A stretch of 64,000 nucleotides of DNA, from NCBI GenBank assembly GCA_013265495.1, contig MU058781.1, positions 8,661,009 through 8,725,008 on the forward strand, given 5' to 3'. Each line of letters starts with the position of its first letter. Positions within the stretch are counted from its first letter, which is position 1. This DNA is from Vicugna vicugna. Lineage: Eukaryota. Shown in pieces: positions 47,471 through 61,000 of the stretch. The translations under genes were made by a program, and so were the position numbers. A model generated the notes under the pieces. It did no database searches and had not been told where the DNA came from. It saw only the letters and a list, made by a program, of their open reading frames with translations.

Positions 47471-50400
47471 AGCAAGTAGTATCTTGTATGGTCGACAGGG
47501 AGGGGTCTGGTGGGAGCAGGATAATCTTTGCATTATAGTGACATTTGAAATGAAATTTCAGCATCTGTAGATCACTCATGTTTCTTGCTCATGTTTCCTG
47601 TAGCAGCCCAGCCAGGAAGGAATGAGAGCTTGATTGGTAGTTTTGGGAATATAGAAGCAAGGGTGGCAGAACTGTGTAATGGTTAAGAAGATGGGCTTTG
47701 GCATTCTCCAATTGATTTATTTGTAACCAGGGACTTGGAAGTTGCAGAGGATGGTTGGAGACAGAAATACAAGGCCAAAAAGAAGTCTTAGTTAGTGGAG
47801 TGGTGAGAGTGGAGGTCACTGAAGGTGATCAGTGCCTGTGTGTAGGAAATAGGAGGAGACAGAGGAATTATGTGTGAAATAGAATTAATCAGAGGTGAAG
47901 GTTTTATGCATATGCAGTGTAATAAGTATCCATAACTTCACATTTCTTAAGGAGAAATAATGCTGGGAGAGGTGAGCCATTTCGGAAGAGTGGGAAAACT
48001 GGAAATGTCGTTGGAAACTAGTAGGGATTGCCACAGGAGGATTGCTCTTTGGAGGAGCTCGACTATTAAGTAAGAGAGGTGGTCTTTAGGGAATAGATTT
48101 TTCTGTCTGAGCTTGTTTTGAGGCCGAGGAGTAAGGATTAGAACTCCATTGAAAGAAGAAACTGTTTAAACAGGATTATATACATAGTTAGAAAGGCTAA
48201 GTGTTGGAAAGAAAGAGACACTTCTATGCTTCCTTAGAGATAGAAGTAAAGGATGTAAGTTTGAGTTTTCTTAAAGGTCTTGACTGATGTAATTTAGAGA
48301 AAGCCATTCGGTTCCTCCACGCGGTCAGGCAGAACAGAGGGTGCGTGCTCTGTGCCCTGTCCCTTTATGTCTGGGTTGATGTCCGGTAGCCTCTTTGATG
48401 CCACTGACTTGAGATACAGGCAGTTCTCCATCAGAACATCCCCTGCCTTCTGGGATTTGTCAATTTTCTTCTTCCCCCTTTTCCTCTGTTTGGTGGTGGT
48501 GTTCACTTGGTATTCTAACCTATGTATTTTCTATAAACTGGAAGCTTTATCTAATCTGAGATTCTCGTTAAATATTTGGCCAGAAATAATCTAGTTTCTG
48601 ATGTAAAGACAGGAAATTTAAAGATTCGCGCCAGAGTGTTTAATCTTTTTCATTAAATTGGTAGAGTAAGGTCGTAGTTCTAAAGCACAGCAGAGTAGGA
48701 AATCTGTGGACATTGATGTAGAAAAATATCAACCAAGTGCTGTGGTCAGTGTAATAGGGAGTCAACATGTGCATTAAAGAAAGGAGCGAGCTGTTGAAAA
48801 GTGCAGTTTCTGTCAGGGGACTCCATTTGTGTGACTGCCTTATTTTTTCTAGGAGGGAGAATGGAGTGTGGAGACAGACGGAAGGTAATGTAGGGGACAA
48901 AATGTAAAATATCAGAAATTGGCCATAAAGAAAATCTGTGCTTTATTTTGCCTTCTCTGTCACTATTAAAGTAATCATTTTTGACAATCCCTTGGCAATT
49001 TTCGTTCTTCCAGAGCCAAGAGTTGGATGCTGCTTAGCAGTTCTGATACAAGTTATATCATTTTTCAGATACTGCTATCACATTATCCCTAGTTTGAAGG
49101 GATAATCCTCCCCTGGGCTAAACACATCTTAGAAAATACTGTCTGACCCTGTAATGCTTTACCGGTACTTTCTCTTTTAAAATTTATCTTGTCTTTCTTG
49201 TTACTTGCCATCTGTCAGACATAAAATAATGGTATACAGGAGCCTTTAAGGGGAATGTAATTTTCTTTGAGATTGCATCCTTGAATTTATTATCACTTTT
49301 TAAAGTATCTGTTACTTTTCCCCCCTTGTAACATCTTAGCTTGGGGAAAACAAACTCACTCAGATGTTTTAAGATTTTTTTCTGTAATGTCCAGAATTTA
49401 TCAGTCTCTATTCCAGTGCTAGGTGAATGAATGAAATAACAAGAATGCAAATTGATTTCATAGAAGGTGCAGTTGTTTTCAGAGAAATATAGTTACTACT
49501 AATAACATGTTGTTATCTTTGTGGTCCTGATGATTAAAATATAAAATAGTTACTAACTAGACATAATCAAAATACTTTGGAAAATGTAATTTTTATCTGC
49601 CTACCACACTACCAGGTATTGTGTTAGATACTATGACATATACAAAAATAAAGATTTCCCAAGTCAATGGGTAACTAACATAGACTGAAATAATCGAGAA
49701 CATGCAGCTGTAAGCAAGAGTTAATTATAGCCCCTGTATAGGGATGATTTGAGTCTTACTCTGTTCTGTACTCTGGGGAATGCTTTTGGGTCCCAGCATG
49801 ACACTCTGCTAGAGGCGAGGGTGCACAGCAGTGCCTCCTTAGGCCTCCGAGTTTAAGAGGTGTGAGATACACAGATGTATCTTACCGCCCCACTGTGAGA
49901 TGCAGTGTCAGCCACACAGTAAAAAGGTTGATGAGCCTGGAATGTGGCACCAGCCTCTTGCAGAGAAGACGGCAGAGTTCATGGCACATGGGGGAGTGCT
50001 CGGCCACTGGGGGTTGGAGTCATAGACACTGTTACTCTCTAGCTGCGTGACTCAGAGAAACTGGGTAACCTCTAAGAGCCGATCTCTTTTTTAACGTGGA
50101 CACATGCTACCTACCGTATGTGTAGCCTGGCATTATGGGCACTTTGGTAAGTGTTTTCCTTAGGATTGCTCCATCAGCATTCTCCAAGACCACTTCTTCC
50201 CTTCCTTCCTCTTCATCCTGTGTACTCTGGGCAGGAGAGGTACTGGTACTGGAACATAAAGTCAGGAGTTTGTCTGATTCATCAACAGCTCCTCAATCTC
50301 CCATTTCACTGGTTCAGTTTTAGGTGAATGTTTGACAAATAAACTTGCTCACAATATTTACTTCGAAAGTATTTTAACATTTCAGTAACAGCAGTGTTAC

Positions 50401-51319
50401 TTGAATGCAGAAAAAGCTTTCCAGCTGAGCTGGAATAGAATCCTCTTTACTTCTCTCTCAATATAGATGATTATTTTGTGGAGAAAATTAGTTAATTTGG
50501 ACCATGAATGAAGCAGAACTTATCTCAAACAATTAAATGTGTGAAATTGAAGTGTTTATGGCAGCTTTGAACTTGTCACATTTTTACTTTTATTCCAGAA
50601 CTAGTTGTCTTGAAATTTGTGGCTTTTTTTTTTTGATGTCTTTAATGAAATCCCCAAATACCTTATTTTCATTTAAATACTGTAAAAATAAAATTTTAAT
50701 GTAATCTATTTTTAGTGTATTTATACACTGTATTTGGGAAAGATCATTCATAAGAACAGTTGATGGCACTGTTGGTTCATACCTGTGAAGTGATTATCAT
50801 CAAGTTGCAGAACTTTCAAATGCTAGTTTAATGAATGCCTTTAAATGAGTGGCCCACTTGGAAATTTTAGGCAGCATTAGGATGGGGTTTTAATCTTAAA
50901 TTTTCTAAATTCTTCTTTATGTAATTATATATAAAGAAAAGACTGGTTTTGAAAAGACATTTCAAATTCTAGCATGTTACAGGATATACCATTGCTCTAA
51001 CTAAAAAGTGCATCTTGCTGACCATTTTTCTGATAAAATTACTTAGTTTGAGGAAGGTAGAATAACTTGGAATTTGAATAAAAAAGCAAAAAATCTAAAG
51101 ACACTCAAATTTAGAATTATTATTAAAGAAACCTTAAAGTTAATTGAGTAGAATGGTTCACTTTGTTCATGTCAGTTCATAAATTATATGGTGAGGATAT
51201 ACATTAGTTATAAATACTCAGAGATGCTTTTTATCGTTTAGAAAGATTATTTTTTTATTTCATATGTAAAAATCTTTTATGTTTGTTCTTTAAAAAAAAG
51301 TAAAGACCCTGTTTGTGGA

Positions 51320-51750
51320 CATTTGTTCACTCAAGAAACATGATTTGATGCTTGTTAATAAGTGCAGAGGATTGAAAGATGTGTTCATTTGGTGTCTGCC
51401 CTTGAGAATCTCACAGGAGAGAGAGAGTAAAACAAGCATCAGTGAAATGAAACAATGAAATCATAACATTGTAAGTACAACAGTAAAGGAGTGAACAAAG
51501 TTATTTAGGAGGGGTATGGGCTGTGTGAGTGAGTTAGGAGTTTTCATAGCAGGTGTCTAGACTGTCTGGCAGAGTTTATCTTACAGGTGAGTTCAAAGGC
51601 ATTTTAAGGAGGTAGACCGCCTTCCCCCATCATGACCAGTGGTATTGAATTTTGAAAGGCCGTATCTTATACAGAGAATGATCAGCGGATCATTGTGGTG
51701 GTGTTTTGAATAAGGGAATGAATGGCAGGAGAAAGGCTAGAAAGAGATAG
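51320..51750 (-). mobile_element. Degenerate L2
   Basis: atttgttcactcaagaaacatgatttgatgctt...ggtgtctgcccttgagaatctcacag. Confidence 0.45.
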
Positions 51751-51759
51751 TTTGAGATT

Positions 51760-51955
51760 GCTGGGGTTCACACTTGGCCTCGTTGTTTTCTCATTTGCTG
51801 TGTGTCATTGTACGAGTTATTCAGCCCCTCTGTTGGCCTCAATTTTCTCATCTGTAAAATGGTTAGAATAGTGTTGTGAGAATTTAAAGAGATTATCTGT
51901 TTAAAGTAATTAACATGATGCTTGGCACATAGTAACTGTTTAATATAATTATTAT
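51760..51955 (+). mobile_element. MIR SINE
   Basis: gcctcaattttctcatctgtaaaatgg...gttgtgagaatttaaagagat...tgcttggcacatagtaa. Confidence 0.8.
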
Positions 51956-54900
51956 TAAGTTTGTTACTGTCAGAACTATACAGAGGACAAACTTCCGGCT
52001 TAATTAGATTTCAGTTTGCTTAAGACCACGGAGCAGTAAGTGGCAGAGTCGTGACTTGAACCACATCATCTAACCAGTTCTTTTTCCAGTAAACCACAGA
52101 GTCGCTGGCTTCTAGCCCAGTGTTCTATCCTTGCATTGAAACTGTATTTGCTTAGTTAGTTGAAAGCCAGTTAGAGCTAAAGTTTGATAGTGATCTAGGG
52201 GATAGCCTACTAAACTCCCCCAAAGAGGCTATAGGTCCCAGATTTTTACAAGAGAAATTTCTTATATTGTACTATTTTCTTACATTGTACTGTCTCAGAT
52301 GCGTCTTAAGATGCATTAAGTTTATCCAATGGAGTGGAATCTGAATTTCGTATTATGATGCTTAAAGGATAGGACTGCTGATTCATGCAGGTTTAGAGAT
52401 GGTTGATTACTGTACCCTCCTGTCTTGTGGTCTTTTTTTTTTTTTTTCAAACCAGTCCTTGAGTTAGGATGCACGTGGAAGGGCGCAGCAGAAGTGGTTG
52501 AGTGGTTTTTTCCAAAGAGCTACCATCTGTCAATTTTCTTGTTGCTTCAAGGAAACTTGTTTTCAAGCCCTATCAGGAAGGGGGAAAAAACCTCAGAACT
52601 GTGTTGCCCAACTGAAATTAGGTATAATTGGAGGCACATGTGATTGTGGACGAAGGCCTGTCAGTTTTTGCACTACAAAAATAATGTATATCTCATATTT
52701 ATTTCTGAAACCACTTTGCTTTTCTTTTGCTACATCTCAGCATGGTAGCACCAGTTGTTTTGTTTTTTCTAACCCTGACAAAGCAGAATGTTTTCTTTGG
52801 CTTTTTGAAAAGGCAGTAGTGCATATAGTTAAGACCTCATTTACTTTATCTGATGAGGTAGTCTCTGAGGGATGTCTTATTTTTCTGTAAATCCACTAAG
52901 GAAACTGGGTTTAAGGCAAGGTCATTTTTTAAAATCCTATTTTCTGTTTTTAAACAATGAATGTAGCTCTATGATTTGTGATGTGTATTTTTGTGGTTCT
53001 TTTTAGGTTGACCTTAACATAAATATTAATAGTGAGAGATAATAGGGATTTAGGAGGTTTTTTCTACCTTATAAAGTACCTTTATGTACTGTTCCATTAC
53101 TGCTCTCGAGAAAATCATAAACTGTCTGAGATGGTATTTTTATTCTGTTCTCTTGCTCCCCTGCTTCCCTTTCCCCATCTCTGTTTTTCTCTCCCGTGCC
53201 CCCCACATCTATATAAATTTATGAGAACAAGTTATGTATGGATGAATTTATTTATTTAGGACCAGTTGCCCTTTTGATTGGAAGCTATCCCCAAACAAGA
53301 TTGGTGGTTGACTGCTGTGTTCATTGGCTTGTTCATATATTCATTTGTTTCTTCTTTACTCACTCACTCATTTATTCAGCAAACATTTACCTACTATCTA
53401 TATATGTATAAGATACTCTGCTAAGTGCAATAAAAAAATAATGCTTACCTAATTTATCACAACCCCCATGAGTCTTTTATCACTAGTGTAGTTTAGTTAA
53501 CTGGTAAATGACTCTGTTTCAGTCTTCATGGAATATAATAATCATCCGGTTTTTAAAAGAATATGTGTGAGACTTAGAGTTATATACCTAGAAATGACCA
53601 CAAATACAGAGAAAGAATAAAATAAGACTGATACTATATATGACGCATGAAAATAGGCTTGTACAACAATAGTGTGCAGTGTATGTAACAGGGCAGCTGG
53701 GGGCCCCCCTTTGGTAATTGATTGCTGCTGAGAATTCAGTCATCACTGCCACATATTGTTCTCACTGTGAACTTCAGGACACCCACCATCTTTTGAAATG
53801 TTGATTCTGTGCCTATTCTGTTAAATTAATAAACACCTGATTTCACCTCCAAAGAATGGAATTATTAAGGTCCCTTTTTGCTTACTCCAACATCTTTCTC
53901 CTTCTTATTTCTACCGTGAGGTTTATTTTTTCATTTTCCTGCCTTAATTCTCAATCACATGCAAAAGTAAGAGGCAAAGCAATAACAATAAAGACAAACA
54001 CAATTCTGAAGTTTTTTTTTACATTTTGAAACAAAGATGTCTATCTGTGTCCAGTGCCCATGAGGAGAGGGTGGGGACTTGAGATTCTGCTGCTGCTAAA
54101 GGCAAATTTTGAAGGTAATTAGTGATGCCTAGTGGTTGCTACACAGTGGTTCACTTAATGTGAGTCTTCTGTGTAACGGAGTTGACAGGCACTTAGATAT
54201 TTAGTGCACTTACATTTTTACAGTAATACATCGATTGATTAATTTTCTTAATTTTATTTAGCTTTGTTATCCAGATTTTCAATTTGGAATGTAAACTGAC
54301 ATAATTTAATACTCCATTAACTTTAAATTCTGTGGCAGATTTTCAAAGGTGAATGATGGAAGAAAGAATAATGTCAATATTTCAGGGTTTCTTCTTTTTT
54401 TGATTTTTAACTTTATTATATTATTTTTGCATATCCTAATTTCAGATCCAACTGTGACCAGGACTTATATGTAGAAGATTTTCCTGATAAACTTTATAAA
54501 TGCCTATTTGAATCAGCGTCAGTATGACTTGCTACTTTTTAAATTTATTTTCTTCATCCCAGTACCACTCTGCTTATATGTTAATGGTTCTTAGACAACT
54601 TTAAGTGATCCTCTCATGTCTATATTTTCTGATTTCTCTTGCAATCTGTTTTCTTTAAATTATTGCTGTGTTCTGTTCCCATTCCTATCTTCCATCTTCT
54701 GTATGTCCTGCCTTTTCTTAAGGTGCCATTACCATCAGGATACTTTGATTACTGGAATAGTTTGGTCTTAAAAGTATCACCAGTGTGTTGCTTTCTTCTC
54801 TGCATCTGATACAGAATTATCAGTGTGCTTTTCTGTTTTTTGTTTTTTTGTTTTTTTGGAGAGTGGACCCTGGCAGAACTTTTTTCCTGAATTGAGTTAT

Positions 54901-55369
54901 AGTAATGACAGCCAAAAAGTAGCTTCTGTGATCTAGACTGGATTATCCATTCTTTTTAGAACCCAATACTTTATAAATTTACCTTTGTCTTTTTTACTTT
55001 CTGTTCTGATGGTCTTAACTGCAGTTAACTTTGGCATGTCTAACATGTACTACCACGTATTAAAAAGCATAGATTTTCAAATATATTTCATTAGGATGAA
55101 TTTACAGAAGCAGAAGAATTAATGTCGAGTTAAGACCCTTTTTATGAGTCTTGGAATATAAATTCAAATTGTTTTCCAAAACATTGTCATTTACAATGCT
55201 AAAACAACAAGGAGGTTACATGTTTTACTTCACTATGAAGTCTTCATTATTATTCTCATTTTATATAAACTGAGGTTGAAGAGATTAAATAATGTGCCTA
55301 GAGCTACCATATTAGTATAGGTACAGCTGAAATTTGCAGCCTCCTATATTGAATGTGGAAGACCATTTG

Positions 55370-55600
55370 GCCTGGTGTTAAGTATAATTCTGGAGCCAAA
55401 CTACCTGGATCTAAATCCTGGCTCCAGCGCTTACTGTGTAACTCTGGGCAAGTTCCTTTGTCAATTTTCTCATCTCTAAAACAGGAATAATAATTAAAAT
55501 AATCTGTTTCAAAGGCTTACTGTGAGGATTAAGAATATCTATAGATAGGTTAGAATAGCGTCTGACAAATATAATTAATATATAAGTGATTGCTGTCATT
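55370..55600 (+). mobile_element. MIR SINE, with an antisense MIR fragment adjacent at about 55245-55345
   Basis: ctggagccaaactacctggatctaaatcctggctcc...ctctgggcaagtt...tttctcatctctaaaacagg...tgtgaggattaag. Confidence 0.75.
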
Positions 55601-56634
55601 ATCACCATTCTTAATTAGACTGTGTTCTCTGTTTACTTATTTATTATCCATGTATAATGTTTATTCTTTCTAAAATGACATAGGCACTTGAGTAATCAAA
55701 TTATGGAACCATTCAGTCATTTTTTTGAGTGAATGGAAGGGAGGAAGGAAGGCAGCCTAGAACCCACATCTTTGGCTTTTATATAATTATGTTTTATTAA
55801 AAGCCTCTTTATTTTGGTATACTGGATGAGAAAAAACTAGTTGAACTTAAGTATATCTATTGTAAATATATGGTTTGTTCTTTGTAACATTTCCTTGCCA
55901 AATGTTTGGATAGATTGTAGAGCAACATGATTGTGTAGTGAGCAGCAGTTTGATTTAAGCTATGTATTAATGGGTTATATACTGTCTAAGATCTTTTGCC
56001 AACTAATGAGAATGGTCTGAGTCCTTTTTTTTTTTTTAATAAGGAATGGGAAAAAAAACCTTTTAATTAGGGATAGACTTTGCAAACTATTTAATAAGTT
56101 CCTTTTTTTTTTATTTGTAGCCCCATGGCCAAATACCAACTGCCCACACACCTTCTTAATATGAATCTATTCTTGGGTAATTAAAAATCCTTTTGGCAGA
56201 CTCATATATTCAGAGACTGTTAGAGCTGGAAAGGATTTTAGAGGTTTAAAAATCTTTTTTTTTTTTCATAGATGATGAAACTGAGGGCCACTGGACCTAA
56301 CAGCCCGAAGTCTGGTGGCCCACACATCACACTTACTTGTAGGAGAAATTAGTTCATGAGAAACAGAGAGACCACTCTTGACAGGTGGTAGGCCTTCACA
56401 CTTTAGGGTTTTAGAGCTTGATGGAAGGATTACAAGCATTTGTGGTCTGCAAGACATCATAAAAATGATATTTTATGTTACCTTGTATTGAATTATGTAT
56501 AGATTGAAACATAGAAAATGATTATCACTTTGGTCACTAATGTTTGGAGAATTAACAATGGAAAACACTGACTCTTTCTACTAAGCGAATTGGATTACAT
56601 GGGATAAACAGGCTATTGAGACTTAAGTTTCTCT

Positions 56635-56784
56635 CTTTTAAAATTTATTTTTAATTAAATTCTTTTGGGAGGGTAGTTAAGTTTTTAAAAAAATTATTTA
56701 TATTTAATGGAGATACCAGGGATTGAACCCAGGACCTCGTGCACGCTAGGCATGCACTCTACCACTGAGCTATACCATCCTCCC
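56635..56784 (-). mobile_element. tRNA-derived SINE resembling camelid Vic-1
   Basis: Reverse strand reads GGGAGGATGGTATAGCTCAGTGGTAGAGTGCATGCCTAGCGTGCACGAGGTCCTGGGTTCAATCCCTGG. TSD taagtttctct at 56624-56634 and 56787-56797. Confidence 0.88.
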
Positions 56785-57809
56785 TGTAAGTTTCTCTTTT
56801 GATGTGTGAGAACCTTTACCAGAACTCCAGACTTCACACCTCCTTGTGTTCCTCTACATGTCACTCGTTATTTGCCTTTCCCCTCAGTATTTCTGGTTCT
56901 ACTCTTTGTCAAATTTATTCCTTTAGTTTTGTGTGTTCATATCTCTAGCACCTAACAGTGACTAGCATGTGGGAGCGCTCAATTAAAAAGTTTTTATGAC
57001 TCAGTAATGGTATGTTTTCATTCTAAAGCTTTCTCTTGCTGTTTCCTGAGTCTTGACCATGTATTCCAGACTTTCTCTGTGTATGTTCTCTGAGAAAATT
57101 AAGTCTAAACTTACATCTGAATGTTCTAGGCACTCATGGTGGTTAACAAATTAACTTCTCTCCTGGGCGTCTAGATTGATAAATAGCTGTGTACCATTCT
57201 TGAGAGAATTGAGAAAATGATCACTTAGATTATTTTTTGTAGTACTCAAGCTGCTATCTTGGGACACTGATTGAGAAAGACTACTTTATTCACTTCATCA
57301 GGCCTCCTAATAGCCTTTTTAAAGCTTACTTCTTTTCTAAGGAGTGTCATTGACTTCATTTTCATGCCACTTGTTTTTTTACTCCACATTTCCTTAATGT
57401 TGCATAAACTTCAGTTTTTACTAAGAATTGTTGCTCAGTTTGCTTTATGTTGAATAAATTACAGAAAATTGGCTTATTCTTTTAAAAGAACCAGCAATAA
57501 GTGTGTAATAGAGTTCTCATATTGTTGTGTTTTTCTCATGTAAAGCATATACCACTTGAATATCAGACTGGTTGCTGGTTGGATGGGCTTATATGTCAGA
57601 TGTGCTAGGATCGTGACAGCACAAGTTCCAAGAGCAATGGTAGGAGACTAGAAACTAGTAGATTGTGGGTCGTTAACAGCAACGTGGCCACTGCAACTGA
57701 CCCCTGAGAGTCACCCTGTTTATAGACATGGCATCTAAGACTGGCAACTATCTGAGTTCTTTATAAAGGAGTCAATATTAGATGTGTCAAGGGTCAGTTG
57801 TATGAAAGT

Positions 57810-59690
57810 GAAAGAAGAAATAAAACGATACCTATTCACAGATGACATGATTTCCTACATAGAAAGTGCCTTGAAATCTACGGTACAACTCCTAAAACTC
57901 ATGAGTTTAGCAAGGATACAGTATACACCCACCAAAAATCAATCCTGTTTCTAAATACTATGTAGAAATGTAGAGTTGGAAACTGAAAGTTAAAAAAAAA
58001 TATTTTACACAGTAGCTCTAAGAAAATTTAATTACGTGTAAGTACTTAGGTGTAAATCTAACAAATCAAGTATAAGAACTGTATTTTGAAGACTGTAAAA
58101 CAAAAGAAATTGGAGAAGACCTGAAAAATAATATGTGAAGTTTATGAATTGGAAGATTCAACATATTAAAGATAAAAATTCTCCCCAAGTTCATCTATAG
58201 ATTTAAAGTAATTTCAGTACAAATTCCAATTGGATTTTTTTTTGTAGATACAGACAAGCTGATTCTAAATTTCTATTTTCAATGGAAAGATAAAGGAATT
58301 AGTTATTCAAAACTGTTTTGAAAAAAGAATAAAATTGGAGGAATCATACCAACCTATTTTAAAACTTATTACAAAGTAGCAGCAGTCAAGATGGTGTTGT
58401 AATGATAAAGAGATAGATGAATAAGTCATTGGAAACAGAACAGCAAGTCCAGAAATAGACCCACACAAACTGGCTAATTGATTTTTGACTGAGGTGCCTA
58501 GTGTGTTGAAGAATGAAAGCAGTATTTTCATCAAAATGTGCTGGAACAATTGAATATCCATAGGAAAAAAGAAAAAAAAAACTTTGACCTAAACCATACA
58601 TGTATACACACATACACACAAACCCAAAAGAGATCAAGGATCCAAATACAAAATTTTAAATTTTAAAAATTATGAAAGAAAACGAAGGAGAACATTTTTG
58701 TGACTAACGGTGGTTAGGCAAAGTGTTCTTAGATGTGGTGTCCAAAGTCCGATTGGTAAAAAGGACAAAAGATGGACTTCATCAAAGTAAACAACTTTTG
58801 CTTTCTGAATGATACTCTTAGGAGAATAAAAAGCAAGCTACAAACTGGGAGAAAGCATTTTCATACCCAAACATAGGACTTTTGTCAGAATGTATAAGGA
58901 CCTCTCAAAACTCAGTATGAAAAGAAACGAACCAATTAAAAAATGCTCAAAAGACTTCATCAGGCACTACACCAAAGAGGATATTCAAATGGCAGATAAG
59001 CACATACAGAATTTTTCAGCATCATTACCACTAGGAATACAACAACTCACCTGATTAGACTAACATTTAAAAGTATTGACAGCACCGGGTGTTGGCAGGG
59101 ATGTGGAGCAGCTGGAACTCTTAGGCATTGTTGGTGGTGATGCAAAATGATACAGTACTTTGTACAACAGCTTTTCAGTTTCCTTAAAAACTTAAGCATA
59201 AACTTACCTGTGATCAGTAATCCCTCTTCTGGTTATGAGAAATGAAAACTTATGCTCACAGAAAAACCTGTACACAAATGTTCTTAGCAGCTTCCTTCCT
59301 AATTGTACAAAACTGAAAACAAGTCATATGTCCTTCAATAGCTGAATTAATAGTTAAACTGTTACATTCAATGGAATAGTACTGAGCACTAAAAAATAAT
59401 GAACAATTGATTCCCTCAGCATCTTGGATGAATCTCAGAAGCATGATTTATTTATATGACATTCAGGAAAAGAGAAAATGATGGTAATGGAGATGTCAGT
59501 GATTTCCAACAGGTAGAGGTGGGGAAGGTGTGCCTGTAAGGGGATAGTGAGAGGGAGTGTGCTGGGTGATGGAACTCTCCTGTATCCTTATTGTCGTGGT
59601 GGTTCTATGTGTCTATACATGTGCTAAAATTCATTCAATTGTATACTCTCCAAATATTTGTTTTACTGTATGGCAGTTATTTAAAAATTA
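57810..59690 (+). mobile_element. Old L1 (L1MC/MD-like) ORF2 RT-to-3'UTR remnant, about 1.9 kb, frameshifted
   Basis: ctattcacagatgacatgatt encodes LFTDDMI (degenerate RT FADD motif); ccagaaatagacccacacaaac; ggacttcatcaaagtaaacaacttttgc; 3'UTR gggtgatggaactctcctgtatcctt. Confidence 0.9.
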
Positions 59691-60624
59691 ATTGGTCCTA
59701 GAAGGAAAAAATACATTAAATATTTAGATGGAGAATCAAGGTAGGAGATTGAAGTTTGTGAAAAAGGGTTTATACCTCATTTAGGTAGGAAAAGAATCAT
59801 CTGGACAGAGAGGGAGATGTGTTTTGATCTGTATATTGGAGAAGATCTGAGCTTTGGCACAGTTGCCCAGAGTAAATGAAGCACTAGTGAATTTATCCTT
59901 AGTAGTGAATGGAACATTGTCACCTCTAAGTAATATGAGATGAATAGTAAGACAGTTACATGGCAGGATTTATGTCATGATTTGATTTATTAAATAAAAC
60001 TTTTTGATTACTCGGTGTCACTTCCCATTAAAGGACACTGTCTTTCACTTTGGCAATTCCTGCCAGTCACCATTTGTTGATCAGAAGAGAACTTCTGGAA
60101 GTATTCTGTTGTTGCCAGATGTGAAAATAGGCCCCGGTGGAATCTGGCTGAAACAAAAATGTCACAGTCACAGGAGAAAGGGTTTGGCTTATAATTAAGC
60201 TGATGCCTATATGCTCCTCTTATCTATGTGCACATGTGCACACCAACCCTGCAGTTTTTCTTGTTCCTTTTTGCATAAGGAAATAATTAGCGCTTTGGAA
60301 CTTGTACCTATAGAAACTGAAGAAGTCTAAGAGTATGTGGCTACTTTTTCATAATGATTCGTTTAGATTTAATTTTTTCTGTCTGAATAGGCACTAGAAT
60401 TATAATCAGGTCTTCAGATTCATCATTTAATCATCTTAGCCGTGTATGTGGAGGAACTGAAGATCCCTCTTTTGCATGGGCTGACTGTGAGGATGTGTGC
60501 TGGTGGAAAATCAGCATGAATCCCTGCAGTTTCTAGGAGCACCCAGCCCTGCCGGAAGTGTTGGATTGGTGTATGCATAGGAAGCTGTTGCTGCCATGTT
60601 TTTTGTTTTTTTTTTTTTAAATCA

Positions 60625-61000
60625 AATGATCATAGGAGCTTTATTTGTAGTAACCTAAACCTAGAATCTACCCAGCATCCATCACCTGATGAAAGGAAAA
60701 ACTGTCAGACAGACATTCAATAGAATACTACCTAGCAAAATAAAGGAATTAGCTTTTCATACATACGAAAGTGTGAGTAAGACTCAAAAGAATTATGCAG
60801 AGCGAAATAACCCAGGCAGAACCATTACATACTGCATTGTATCATCTATATAAAAATAGAGAAAATGCAGATAAATCTATTAAAGAAAGCAGATCAGTGG
60901 TTGCCTGAAGCAGGAGGTCTGGGATGGGGCCCGGGATGGCCCACAGAAACTTGGGGGTGATGTATATGTGTTCACTCTCTTTATTACAGCGATGTACGTA
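60625..61000 (+). mobile_element. Ancient L1 (L1ME-like) 3' fragment
   Basis: gctttatttgtagtaacctaaac...caatagaatactac...aaagcagatcagtggttgcct. Confidence 0.65.

Noticed and set aside
56700..56784. tRNA gene (also about 25495-25577)
   Set aside because: The tRNA-like head runs into an AT-rich tail and is flanked by TSDs, which identifies a SINE rather than a tRNA gene.
60227..60242. Perfect 16-bp palindrome tgtgcacatgtgcaca
   Set aside because: It is low-complexity alternating purine-pyrimidine sequence, in which self-complementarity arises easily.
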